A DNA stretch of 64,000 bases. It comes from Acidimicrobiia bacterium (GTDB lineage: Bacteria > Actinomycetota > Acidimicrobiia > Acidimicrobiales > Bin134). The stretch covers positions 41,186 to 105,185 of the forward strand of contig JAJEGM010000044.1 in the NCBI GenBank assembly GCA_022819825.1. The letters run 5' to 3'. A program made the position numbers and the translations under genes. Shown here in pieces: positions 35,092 to 43,757 of the stretch; position 1 is the first letter of the stretch; each line of letters starts with the position of its first letter. The notes beneath the pieces were generated by a model that ran no database searches, was not told the DNA's origin, and saw only the letters and a program-made list of their open reading frames with translations.

Positions 35092-36348
35092 ATGGCATCA
35101 GCACAACAGATGACCGTTATCAGGGGATTCAGCTGTGCCGATGAAGATCTCGCTGATACGTTGCGGCCCGAGGGGGTGACGGCCGAGATGTTCTCGTATT
35201 TTCCCGGCAATTACGTGTGGAACCTCTCCGTCTGCATCGCCTTGGAAAGCGGTGCGCAAATCGGGGAAATCGAGGAGATGTGCGCACCGCTGCGGGAGGC
35301 GGCCGCCCAAGGCGACAACCCTGGCACAGGTGACTTTCTCAAGTCTTGGGTCATCATGGCCGACAAACTGGTGGGACTTGCCGACGAGGACTCCGCCGCC
35401 GGGCATGGATTTGCGGCCGCCGACAAGTTGAACCGGGCGGCGCTCTACTACCAAATCGCCGAGCGCATGCAAGCACAAGGCAGCACCGAGCGGGCCGCGG
35501 TGTACCAGAAGGCGCTTGACTCCTTCGCCCGTTCCGTCGAATTGGGCGGCGCAAACATGGAGCGGGTCGAGATTCCTTACCTCCACGGTACGATCCCGGC
35601 CTGGTTCCGGAGCGCTGACCGAGGAGAGGGCCCGAGGCCGACGATGGTCTACGTGAACGGACTCGACTCCACAAAGGAGATGCTCCACTGGAGCTGTCTT
35701 GGAGATCAGCTCGCCAGACGTGGCATCAATACCCTCAACATCGATCAGCCAGGCACTGGTGAGGCGCTGCGTCTTCATGGCCTCTTCGCCACCCCCGCCT
35801 GCGAGTGGGGCAGCGTGGTTTACGACGCCGTCAGCGCGCGTCCCGACGTAGACAACTCTCGCATCGGGGTGGCTGGCATCTCTTTGGGCGGCTACTACGC
35901 TCCCCGCTTGCTCGTTGCCGAACCCCGGTTCTCGCTCTGTGCCATTTGGGGGGCGAACCACAATTGGGGCGAGGTCCAGCGCCGTCGTTTGGAAAACGAG
36001 GGCGAGCGCCCTGTGCCCCACTATTGGGAACACGTGCGGTGGGTGTGGGGTGCCGCCGACATGGACGAGTTCCTGGATTTGTGCTCCCAGATCACCCTCG
36101 ACGGACTGCTGGACAAGGTGACCGTGCCATTCCTCGTAACCCACGGCCAGAACGACCGCCAGATCCCACTCGAGTATGCCCACCAGACGTACGACCAGCT
36201 CGTAAACAGCACTAAGCGAGAGCTGAAGATCTTCGACGACCGAACAATGGGCGTCGAACACGTCAGCGTCGACAATATGACCTACGGCGTGCATTTCATT
36301 GCGGACTGGATTGCCGAGGTGTTTGACGAGGTGCCGGGGCCGGTGTGA
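35092..36348 (+). CDS. Alpha/beta hydrolase (DUF1100 / 2,6-dihydroxypseudooxynicotine hydrolase-like family)
   Basis: Trimmed to ATG 35092. GISLGGY nucleophile elbow, helical N-terminal lid region. C-C hydrolase-like family assignment is tentative. Confidence 0.6.
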   Translation: MASAQQMTVIRGFSCADEDLADTLRPEGVTAEMFSYFPGNYVWNLSVCIALESGAQIGEIEEMCAPLREAAAQGDNPGTGDFLKSWVIMADKLVGLADEDSAAGHGFAAADKLNRAALYYQIAERMQAQGSTERAAVYQKALDSFARSVELGGANMERVEIPYLHGTIPAWFRSADRGEGPRPTMVYVNGLDSTKEMLHWSCLGDQLARRGINTLNIDQPGTGEALRLHGLFATPACEWGSVVYDAVSARPDVDNSRIGVAGISLGGYYAPRLLVAEPRFSLCAIWGANHNWGEVQRRRLENEGERPVPHYWEHVRWVWGAADMDEFLDLCSQITLDGLLDKVTVPFLVTHGQNDRQIPLEYAHQTYDQLVNSTKRELKIFDDRTMGVEHVSVDNMTYGVHFIADWIAEVFDEVPGPV

Positions 36349-36376
36349 GCAGGCAGTTCTTCGAGGGAGATGCACG

Positions 36377-37357
36377 ATGAAACTCGCAACGTTGCCTGGT
36401 CCGAGCGAAGACGGGCGTTTGGTGGTGGTCTCGCGCGATCTAAAACACTGCGTGGCGGTCGATGACATCGCAGAAACACTGCTCGAGGCGATTAGACGGT
36501 GGGACGACGTGGCCCCGGCACTCCAGGATCGATTTGATCAGATTGAAGCCGGTAGCGGCGACGGTTCCGCGGCGTTCAAGGCGGGCGAAGCGATGGCACC
36601 GCTACCGCGGGCGCCCCAGTGGCTCGACGGCTCAGTGTTCCAGACACACCTAGACCTCATGTCGCAGGCGCTGCACCCCGAGCGACCCAACGAGCCCAGC
36701 GACTACCCATTCATCTACCAGGGTGCGTCCGACGACCTGCGTGGCCCGACCGATGCGATCTGCGGATACCGATTCGACGAAGGCATCGACTTTGAAGGTG
36801 AATTTGGGGTGGTAGTCGATGAAGTTCCCATGCGGACCACTGCCGCCGATGCCCTCGACCACGTCAAACTACTGGTGTTGATCAATGACGTGAGCCTGCG
36901 GGCTTACGCCGGTCGTGAAATCTCAGCTGGATTCGGCTTTCTCCAGGCGAAACCGTCCACCGCTTTCGCAGCGGTCGCGGTGACGCCAGACGAACTCGGT
37001 GGCGCATGGCGCGACGGCCGAGTGAACCTCCCATTGCGCGTCGAGCGAAGCGGCGAGTGGTTCGGCCACCCACAGGGATCCGAGATGACTTTCCACTTCG
37101 GAGAGCTCATCGCCCACTCTGCTTATACCCGCCTGTTGTCTGCGGGAACGATCATTGGTTCGGGAACGGTGTCCGGCGCAGACCGCTCCGTGGGCTCAGC
37201 CTGCATCGCTGAGCGCCGCGCGATCGAGATCATCGACTCGGGGGCGCCGTCAACACAGTTCCTGGGCGATGGAGAAACCGTCCGGATAGAGGTTCTTGAC
37301 GACGATGGCACTTCTATCTTCGGTGAGATTTACCAGCCTGTCGTCGTCGACGAATGA
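36377..37357 (+). CDS. FAH-family protein, paralogue 3 (longer form)
   Basis: Trimmed to ATG 36377 (MKLATLPGPSEDGRLVVV) after GAGGGAGA. FEGEFGVVVD and GTIIGSGTVSG blocks. Confidence 0.75.
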   Translation: MKLATLPGPSEDGRLVVVSRDLKHCVAVDDIAETLLEAIRRWDDVAPALQDRFDQIEAGSGDGSAAFKAGEAMAPLPRAPQWLDGSVFQTHLDLMSQALHPERPNEPSDYPFIYQGASDDLRGPTDAICGYRFDEGIDFEGEFGVVVDEVPMRTTAADALDHVKLLVLINDVSLRAYAGREISAGFGFLQAKPSTAFAAVAVTPDELGGAWRDGRVNLPLRVERSGEWFGHPQGSEMTFHFGELIAHSAYTRLLSAGTIIGSGTVSGADRSVGSACIAERRAIEIIDSGAPSTQFLGDGETVRIEVLDDDGTSIFGEIYQPVVVDE

Positions 37358-37392
37358 GGATGCAGTGTGCCTCGGGAGTGCCGCACCCTGAG

Positions 37393-37935
37393 CTAGCCGA
37401 GCCCATCGGTGTATAGGCCGTCTATCAGAATGAAGGCGACTCGGCACGGTTGTTCGGTTCTGTTCATCCAGCCGTGGTTGGTGCCGCGTTGTACGACGAT
37501 GTCGCCTGGGTAGACGGTCGCCTCGCCCTCGTCCATCAACAGCACGACCTCGCCGGATAATACGATTCCGAAATCGATGGTCTCGGTGCGGTGGAAGGAC
37601 CGGTGGCGGTCGGATTCGAGCTTGGCATCGGTCGCGCCGATGTTCTCGAACACGGCGTCCATGTCCGCCCCCTCGGCTTCGGGCGGAATGTCCAACACCC
37701 GAATGCGGACCCCGTTTGTCGGCGGCGCGAGCACCAGTCCGGGCTCTTCGGCCTCGCGTCGGTCGCGGTCGATTAACGCAGGCGTCTCGGTGGTGTGCCA
37801 AATCTCCTGGAAAACCAAGCCCTCCTCGCCAAGCGCGTCAAAGATCCGGCTCGTAGGGCCGTCGGCGACGATAATCGCAGTGCCATCGTCGTCGTGGCCA
37901 GTGATGATTCGGCGAACAGGTCCGATAAAGCTCAT
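37393..37935 (-). CDS. Cupin-domain protein
   Basis: 180 aa. HRTETIDFGIVLSGEV.L..D.GE...L..GD.VVQRG..H.W pattern typical of a single cupin barrel. Confidence 0.7.
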   Translation of the reverse strand: MSFIGPVRRIITGHDDDGTAIIVADGPTSRIFDALGEEGLVFQEIWHTTETPALIDRDRREAEEPGLVLAPPTNGVRIRVLDIPPEAEGADMDAVFENIGATDAKLESDRHRSFHRTETIDFGIVLSGEVVLLMDEGEATVYPGDIVVQRGTNHGWMNRTEQPCRVAFILIDGLYTDGLG

Positions 37936-37956
37936 GAAGCTGCCTCTCTTAGGGTG

Positions 37957-37977
37957 AATGTGTTAGTCCGACACATT
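37957..37977. promoter_or_regulatory. Perfect inverted repeat AATGTGT-N7-ACACATT upstream of the cupin gene
   Basis: 7-bp arms at 37957-37963 and 37971-37977, located 22 nt upstream of the cupin ATG (37935). Could be an operator or a 5' hairpin. Confidence 0.3.
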
Positions 37978-38157
37978 GTCCCCACCTTTAGGCCTTTCGG
38001 CCAGAGCTCCCAGCCGATACTCGTCATCTATCCCGCTGATGACGCCAGATCCGCGAAGGCTGGGACTGATCCTCGATAACCCCGGCTGATGCCACAAGCG
38101 GCGCTGAGGCCCTAATGGTGGTTTCGGCCATCGACCATTGGGGCTCTGCTGGTGGGC

Positions 38158-38668
38158 GGGTCAGGAACCCGGGAGTTGGGTGAAGGGGACCAATTGGGTT
38201 TCCGCTGTGGGAAGCGATGCAGTGGAGCGGAACCAGCGGAGGCTTAGCGATCCTGCGGGGTGGCCGGCGGTGTCTAGCCAGTTGGGCAGGCCGGGGTCTT
38301 GGTGGGCAACTACCAGCCGCACGGTGCCGTCGTCGCGGCGAACCGCGGTGTCGCCGTTGATGCCCGCGGTGCGGGTGCGCCGGTCCACCGTCTCACCCCA
38401 GTGGTTCAATAGCACTCAGGCCCAATAGTCGGCCCCGCCTGAGGGACTGCTCTAATCCAAAGGCCATGTACCGGCTCAGCGCCCGAATCCCCTCCGCCCG
38501 CACATCGGGATCGTCGGGTGCTCCAGATGCGAACACCATCTCTCCGGGGTAGGCAATCGATAGGCAGTACACCCGCCAAGCCGCAACCGAAGGGTCTAGT
38601 TCAGCCATCTCGTCCCCCACCCCACATCAACCGCCGGATCATGCTCGCCATGGTCCCCAAACATAAGG
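38158..38668 (-). repeat. Right, internally deleted copy of the 103..1312 repeat
   Basis: See the left copy. A junction near 38440 joins equivalents of ~390 and ~1045. The leader module with ATG at 38651 is retained. Confidence 0.8.
38161..38620 (-). pseudogene. Decayed DUF1214-like gene (N- and C-terminal fragments, ~650-bp internal deletion, in-frame TGA at 38416-38418)
   Basis: Fragments MAELDPSVAAWRVYC...GIRALSRYMAFGLEQ and LLNHWGETVD...LPGS align to both ends of the 367-aa protein from 106..1209. Confidence 0.85.
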
Positions 38669-38755
38669 GATTTGCAGGCGATGGGGTGTCGGAGCGAAGG
38701 CCTGGTGGGAATCGGCATTCTTGGCATGGAGTATTCGTGCCAAGATCAACCAACC

Positions 38756-40489
38756 ATGAGCCTGCGGCGACTTCTCAAGAGCCACTTGGCCCCCCATCGT
38801 CGGGCCATTGTGCTGGTGTTGATCCTTCAGGCGGGCCAGACCACCACCGGGCTGCTGCTGCCGGGGCTGAACGCCACCTTGATCGACGATGGCGTACTGC
38901 TGGGCGACCAGTCGGTGATCTGGCGGATGGGCGGGATCATGCTGTTGGTCTCTTTCATCCAGGTGGCGCTGCTCACGGTGGCGGTCTGGTACGGGTCGGA
39001 GGTGGCCATGGCGTTCGGCCGCGACATCCGGCGCGACGTGTTCGACCGGGTCACCCGCTACTCCACCCGCGAGATCGGCCGATTCGGCACCCCCTCCCTC
39101 ATCACCCGCATCACCAACGACACCCACCAAATCCAGACGCTGACCGCGCTGTTCACGATCATGATGATCACCGCCCCGCTCACCATGATCGCCGGCACCG
39201 TGCTGGCCATCCGCGAGGACGCCGGCTTGTCGGTGCTGCTGTTCGTGGTGGTGCCCCTCGAAATTGTGGTGGCGGGCGCAATCATCGCCGCCATGACCCC
39301 CGCGTTCCAGCAGATGCAGGAGCGCATCGACCGGATCAACGCCGTGCTGCGCGAGCAGATCACCGGCGTGCGGGTGGTGCGGGCGTTCACCCGGGAGCCA
39401 ACCGAGAGCGCCCGGTTCGCCGAGGCCAATCACCGCCTCACGGAGTCCTCGCTGCGGGCGGCGCGGCTCATGGCCGCCGTGTTCCCCGCGGTCACGCTGC
39501 TGGTGAACCTGTCCAGCGTGGCGCTGCTGTGGATTGGCGCCGACCGGATCGAAGACGGCTCCACCCAGATCGGCTCGCTGGTGGCCTATCTCACCTATCT
39601 GCTCCAGATACTCCTCGCCGTGACCATGGCCGCGTTCATGGTGTCGATGATCCCCCGGGCCGCGGTGGCCGCCGAGCGCATCGTGGAGGTGCTCGACACC
39701 GAGTCGTCGGTGGAGCCCCCGTCCACCCCGATCCGCGACTTCACCCGGCCGGGGACGGTGGAGTTCCAAGAGGTCGGCTTCCGATATCCCGGCGCTGAGC
39801 ACCCTGTGCTCGAGGGCGTCTCGTTCACCGCCGTCCCCGGCGAGACCGCCGCCATCATCGGATCGACCGGTGCGGGCAAGACCACGCTGTTGACGCTGGC
39901 CGCCCGCCTGGCCGACGCCAGCTCCGGGCGGGTCTCGGTGGGCGGTATCGATGTCCGCCGGCTCGACCAGGCCGTGCTGTGGGGCGCCATCGGCTACGTG
40001 CCCCAGCGGGCCTATCTGTTCAGCGGCACGGTGGCCTCCAACCTCCGCTACGGACGCCCCGACGCCACCGACGGCGAGCTGTGGGAAGCCCTCGAAATCG
40101 CCCAGGCTGCGGGGTTTGTGCAGTCGATGCCCGACGGACTCAAGAGCCGCATCGCCCAGGGGGGCACCAACGTGTCGGGCGGCCAGCGCCAACGGCTGTC
40201 TATCGCCCGGGCGCTAGTGGCCCAACCGGCGGTCTACCTGTTCGATGACTCCTTTTCCGCCCTCGACCTGGCCACCGAGGCCCGACTGCGCGAGGCCCTT
40301 GAACCCCGCACCCGCGACGCCGCTGTGCTGGTGGTGGCCCAGCGGATCTCCACCATCGAGACCGCCGATCAGATCATCGTGCTCGAGGGCGGCATCACAG
40401 TCGGCCAAGGGCGCCACGACGAGCTGGTGGACACCTGCCCCACCTACGCCGAGATCGTCTCCTCCCAGAGAGGAGGTGATGAGGCATGA
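38756..40489 (+). CDS. ABC exporter, fused TMD-NBD half-transporter (heterodimer partner A, MdlA-like)
   Basis: Trimmed to ATG 38756. Six-TM N-half. GSTGAGKTT, VSGGQRQRLSIARAL, VYLFDDSFSALD. Confidence 0.85.
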   Translation: MSLRRLLKSHLAPHRRAIVLVLILQAGQTTTGLLLPGLNATLIDDGVLLGDQSVIWRMGGIMLLVSFIQVALLTVAVWYGSEVAMAFGRDIRRDVFDRVTRYSTREIGRFGTPSLITRITNDTHQIQTLTALFTIMMITAPLTMIAGTVLAIREDAGLSVLLFVVVPLEIVVAGAIIAAMTPAFQQMQERIDRINAVLREQITGVRVVRAFTREPTESARFAEANHRLTESSLRAARLMAAVFPAVTLLVNLSSVALLWIGADRIEDGSTQIGSLVAYLTYLLQILLAVTMAAFMVSMIPRAAVAAERIVEVLDTESSVEPPSTPIRDFTRPGTVEFQEVGFRYPGAEHPVLEGVSFTAVPGETAAIIGSTGAGKTTLLTLAARLADASSGRVSVGGIDVRRLDQAVLWGAIGYVPQRAYLFSGTVASNLRYGRPDATDGELWEALEIAQAAGFVQSMPDGLKSRIAQGGTNVSGGQRQRLSIARALVAQPAVYLFDDSFSALDLATEARLREALEPRTRDAAVLVVAQRISTIETADQIIVLEGGITVGQGRHDELVDTCPTYAEIVSSQRGGDEA

Positions 40490-42441
40490 ACCAGCGCAAC
40501 CCGGGCGACGGCGAGCCGGAGGATCCCCAGCCGGACGACGACCAGCTGAAGGGTCCCCAGGCGGACGACGAGATTCCTGGCGACGACAGCCAAGACGAAG
40601 AAGACCAAGAGGCCCTTCAGACCTACGGGCGGGAGGCGCTGCGCTTCTCGGGCCGCATGAGCGCGCCGCTGCCGGTGGAGACCAGCCGCAATTTCCGGGG
40701 CACCGTTCGCCAGCTGGCCAAGATCACCGGCCGGGAGACTCCGGTTTTGCTCCTGGTGATGGTGTTGGCGGTGATGAGCGTGAGCTTGACGGTGATCGGC
40801 CCCTGGCTCCTCGGCGGCGCCACCGACATCATCGTGAACGGCGTGCGCCAAGGCGGTATAGACACCGACCGGCTCCGGGACCGGCTCCTATTCATCGGCG
40901 GGGTGTTCGCACTGGCGTGGGCGCTGGGCCACATCCAGAACTACCTGCTCAGCGGGGCGCTCCAGCGATCCATGTTCCGACTGCGGGAGACCATCGAGGC
41001 CAAGCTCCACCGCCTTCCCCTGTCCTACGTCGACCAGCACGCCCGGGGCGACCTGCTCAGCCGGGTGACCAACGACATCGACAACCTCTCCCAGAGCCTC
41101 CAGCAGACCATCAACCAGATGCTCACCGCCGTGTTGACCCTCATGGGGGTGACGGTGATGATGCTCACGGTCTCCCCCCTGCTGGCGCTGGTGGCCTTTG
41201 TGACCGTTCCCCTCTCGGTGGTGGCCACCCGGATCTTCGCCACTCGGGCCCGACCCCGGTTCCTGAGGCAGTGGCGCACCACCGGCACGCTCAACGCCCA
41301 GGCCGAGGACGTGGTGAGCGGGCATGCCATCGTCACCGCCTTCGGCCGCCAGCACCAGGAGCGCCAGCGGTTCGCCGATGAGAACGCCAAGCTCTACGAG
41401 TCGAGCCGCGCCGCCCAGTTCCTGTCGTCGGCCATGCAGCCGGTGATGATGCTGATGGGAAACCTCCAGTTCGTGTCCGTGGCCGTGGTGGGCGGGCTGC
41501 GCATCTCCAGCGGGGCCATCACCATCGGCGACATGCAGGCCATGATCCAGTACACCCGGCAGTTCGCCATGCCCGTCCAGCAGGTGGCCTCGATGGCCGC
41601 CACCTTCCAATCGGGCATTGCCTCGCTGGAGCGGGTGGTGGAGCTGCTCGACGTTGATGAGATCAGCGCTGACCCTGAGCCGGTGCCCGACCCGCCGCCC
41701 ACCCGGGGACGGGTGGTGTTCGACGACGTCCACTTCTCCTACGAGCCCGACAAGCCCCTCATCACCGGGCTGCAACTCACCGCGGAACCCGGCCAGACGG
41801 TGGCCATCGTCGGGCCCACCGGCGCGGGCAAGACCACGCTGGTGAACCTGCTGCTGCGGTTCTACGAGCTCGACGGCGGGCGCATAACCCTCGACGGGCG
41901 CGACATCACCGCCCTGCCCCGCCACGAGCTGCGGTCGAAATTCGGCATGGTGCTCCAAGACACCTGGCTGTTCGGCGACACCATCTGGGAGAACCTCCGC
42001 TACGGCAACCCCGACGCCACCGACGCCCAGATCCTCGAAGCCGCCCAGGTCACCTATGTCGACCGGTTCGTCCCCTCACTGCCCGACGGCTACGACACCG
42101 TGATCAACGACGAGGGCGACAACATCTCCGCCGGCCAGAAGCAGCTCCTCACCATCGCCCGGGCGTTTTTGGCCGACCCGGCGATCCTCATCCTCGACGA
42201 GGCCACCTCGTCGGTGGACACCCGCACCGAGGTGCTGATCCAAGAGGCCATGAATGCGCTGCGGGCCGACCGCACCAGCTTCGTGATCGCCCATCGCCTG
42301 TCCACCATCCGCGGCGCCGACACCATCGTGGTGATGGACGGCGGCCACATCGCCGAACAGGGCTCCCACGACGAGCTCTTGGCCCGCGGCGGCCCCTACG
42401 CCGACCTCCACGCCGCCCAATTCGCGGGCCAAGCCACCTGA
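40486..42441 (+). CDS. ABC exporter, fused TMD-NBD half-transporter (heterodimer partner B, MdlB-like) with an acidic N-terminal extension
   Basis: ATGA-coupled, GAGGAGG SD. GPTGAGKTT, ISAGQKQLLTIARAF, ILILDEATSSVD. The first ~50 aa are rich in D/E/P/Q. Confidence 0.85.
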   Translation: MNQRNPGDGEPEDPQPDDDQLKGPQADDEIPGDDSQDEEDQEALQTYGREALRFSGRMSAPLPVETSRNFRGTVRQLAKITGRETPVLLLVMVLAVMSVSLTVIGPWLLGGATDIIVNGVRQGGIDTDRLRDRLLFIGGVFALAWALGHIQNYLLSGALQRSMFRLRETIEAKLHRLPLSYVDQHARGDLLSRVTNDIDNLSQSLQQTINQMLTAVLTLMGVTVMMLTVSPLLALVAFVTVPLSVVATRIFATRARPRFLRQWRTTGTLNAQAEDVVSGHAIVTAFGRQHQERQRFADENAKLYESSRAAQFLSSAMQPVMMLMGNLQFVSVAVVGGLRISSGAITIGDMQAMIQYTRQFAMPVQQVASMAATFQSGIASLERVVELLDVDEISADPEPVPDPPPTRGRVVFDDVHFSYEPDKPLITGLQLTAEPGQTVAIVGPTGAGKTTLVNLLLRFYELDGGRITLDGRDITALPRHELRSKFGMVLQDTWLFGDTIWENLRYGNPDATDAQILEAAQVTYVDRFVPSLPDGYDTVINDEGDNISAGQKQLLTIARAFLADPAILILDEATSSVDTRTEVLIQEAMNALRADRTSFVIAHRLSTIRGADTIVVMDGGHIAEQGSHDELLARGGPYADLHAAQFAGQAT

Positions 42442-42496
42442 CGCCCACATCGCTCCGGAGACGGCTGCCGGCGGGGCGCGAAAGGTGGCGTGAAAC

Positions 42497-42586
42497 TGGC
42501 GGAAGGTATGGGATTCGAACCCATGGTGACCCGGAGGCCACAACGGCTTTCGAGGCCGCCCCATTCGTCCGCTCTGGCAACCTTCC
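42497..42586 (-). tRNA. tRNA-Ser (anticodon CGA), CCA encoded
   Basis: Hand-folded. Acceptor GGAAGGT/ACCTTCC, D arm with GAGCGG, anticodon loop CU-CGA-AA, long variable arm, T loop GGGTTCGAATCCC, discriminator G plus CCA. Confidence 0.85.
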
Positions 42587-42640
42587 GCTCCTCAGGATAG
42601 TGAGCAGTGGCCGTGGCCTCCCAGCCCATATCCTGACCTT

Positions 42641-43090
42641 GTGACCGATGACCGCACGCTCATGGAACTGGCCTTGGCCCAGGCCCGGCAGGCGGCTGAG
42701 CAGGGCGAGGTGCCCATCGGCGCGGTGGTGGCCATCGACGGGGAGGTGGTGGCCGCCCGCCACAACGAGCGGTTGAGCACCAACGACCCCACCGCCCATG
42801 CCGAGATCCTGGCCCTGCGGGATGCGGGCGTGGCGCGGGGCTCGTCCCGACTCGACGGAGCGGTGCTGGTCACCACTCTGGAGCCCTGTCCGATGTGTGC
42901 CGGGGCGGCGGTGATGGCCCGGGTGGCCCGGGTGGTGTTCGCCGCCGAGGATCCCAAAGCGGGGGCGTGCGGCACCCTCTACAACCTGGGGGCCGACCCT
43001 CGGCTCAACCACAACTTCGAGGTGGTGGCCGGCATCGGCCGCGACGAGTCCGCCGCCCTGCTCAAAGACTTCTTCGCCGAACTCCGCTGA
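42641..43090 (+). CDS. tadA: tRNA-specific adenosine deaminase
   Basis: 149 aa. HAE and PCPMCAGA zinc motifs. Adjacent to tRNA-Ser, as is common in Actinomycetota. Confidence 0.85.
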   Translation: MTDDRTLMELALAQARQAAEQGEVPIGAVVAIDGEVVAARHNERLSTNDPTAHAEILALRDAGVARGSSRLDGAVLVTTLEPCPMCAGAAVMARVARVVFAAEDPKAGACGTLYNLGADPRLNHNFEVVAGIGRDESAALLKDFFAELR

Positions 43091-43091
43091 G

Positions 43092-43676
43092 CTAGCGGCG
43101 CTTCTTGCGGCTGCCGGGCTTGCCGCGCTTGCGGGGCCAGAAGACCCAAGCGGCCAAGACCACGGCCACGGGGATGGCCACAATCAGCGCAATGGTGCTG
43201 CCGCTGATGCCTCCGCCCCCCGACCCTAGGGCGGCGGACTCGGGGAGCCACTCAGGTGGGGCGGCAGCCGGATCGTAGGTGAACTCGAACTCCTCGGTGG
43301 CCCAGTCCCCATCGGAGTCATCCAGCAACTCCCATATCACCTTGTATGTGCCGGGCTCGGTGAGCGGGTCGAAGCGGCCCCGCACTAGGTGGCTGTTCAC
43401 CTCAATTGTCGTCAGGGCGCGGGTGCCGTCGGGGTATTGCAGCGCCACACCGTTTGACTGGTGGGGCCGGATGGGCTCTCGGAACTCCATCTCCACCCGG
43501 TCGACCATTCCGCCCACCGTTTGGCCGGGGTCCGGGGCCGACCGGCGCATCTCCGCATGAGCGGCGGCGGTGTCGCTGAACACCACCAGCAGGGAGAGCA
43601 GCAGGGCCAGCACGATGGCAATCGCCACTACCAGCGCCACTGCCCTCTGGGCCCTCTTGCGGGTCCGAGCCCTCAT
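43092..43676 (-). CDS. CopC-domain protein with N-terminal signal/anchor and C-terminal TM helix
   Basis: Signal-like N-terminus, then the mature start HAEMRRSAPDPGQTV (the H-x-x-L/M-x-x-S-x-P CopC signature). C-terminal hydrophobic helix plus a basic tail. Confidence 0.7.
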   Translation of the reverse strand: MRARTRKRAQRAVALVVAIAIVLALLLSLLVVFSDTAAAHAEMRRSAPDPGQTVGGMVDRVEMEFREPIRPHQSNGVALQYPDGTRALTTIEVNSHLVRGRFDPLTEPGTYKVIWELLDDSDGDWATEEFEFTYDPAAAPPEWLPESAALGSGGGGISGSTIALIVAIPVAVVLAAWVFWPRKRGKPGSRKKRR

Positions 43677-43757
43677 GCCGCCACACTATTTCCCGCCGAA
43701 CCCCCTACAAACAGCCGACTGTCACACCTGCGGCGTATCGTGCAGGAAGTGCATGCG

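Noticed and set aside
35098-36468. 456-aa antisense ORF over the DUF1100-type hydrolase gene; also 24214..25278(-), 27389..28402(-), 40245..41381(+), 40888..41958(-), 42188..43183(-), 46061..47064(-), 17246..18166(-)
   Set aside because: All overlap better-supported genes, have shadow-ORF composition, and in one case (42188..43183) run across a tRNA and tadA.
1210-38160. Searched the bracketed block and its edges for integrase, transposase or recombinase genes, IS-type terminal inverted repeats, or a tRNA-derived att duplication
   Set aside because: None recognised. tRNA-Ser lies ~3.8 kb beyond the right repeat, and no copy of its 3' end was seen near 100 or 38160. The block is therefore not called a classical integrative element.
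38518-40192. Long ORFs 38518..39798(+) 426 aa and 38639..40192(-) 517 aa overlapping the first ABC exporter gene
   Set aside because: Their translations are Arg/Pro/Gly/His-rich low-complexity strings with no motifs. The overlapping frame encodes a textbook ABC exporter. These are typical off-frame or antisense shadow ORFs of high-GC DNA.
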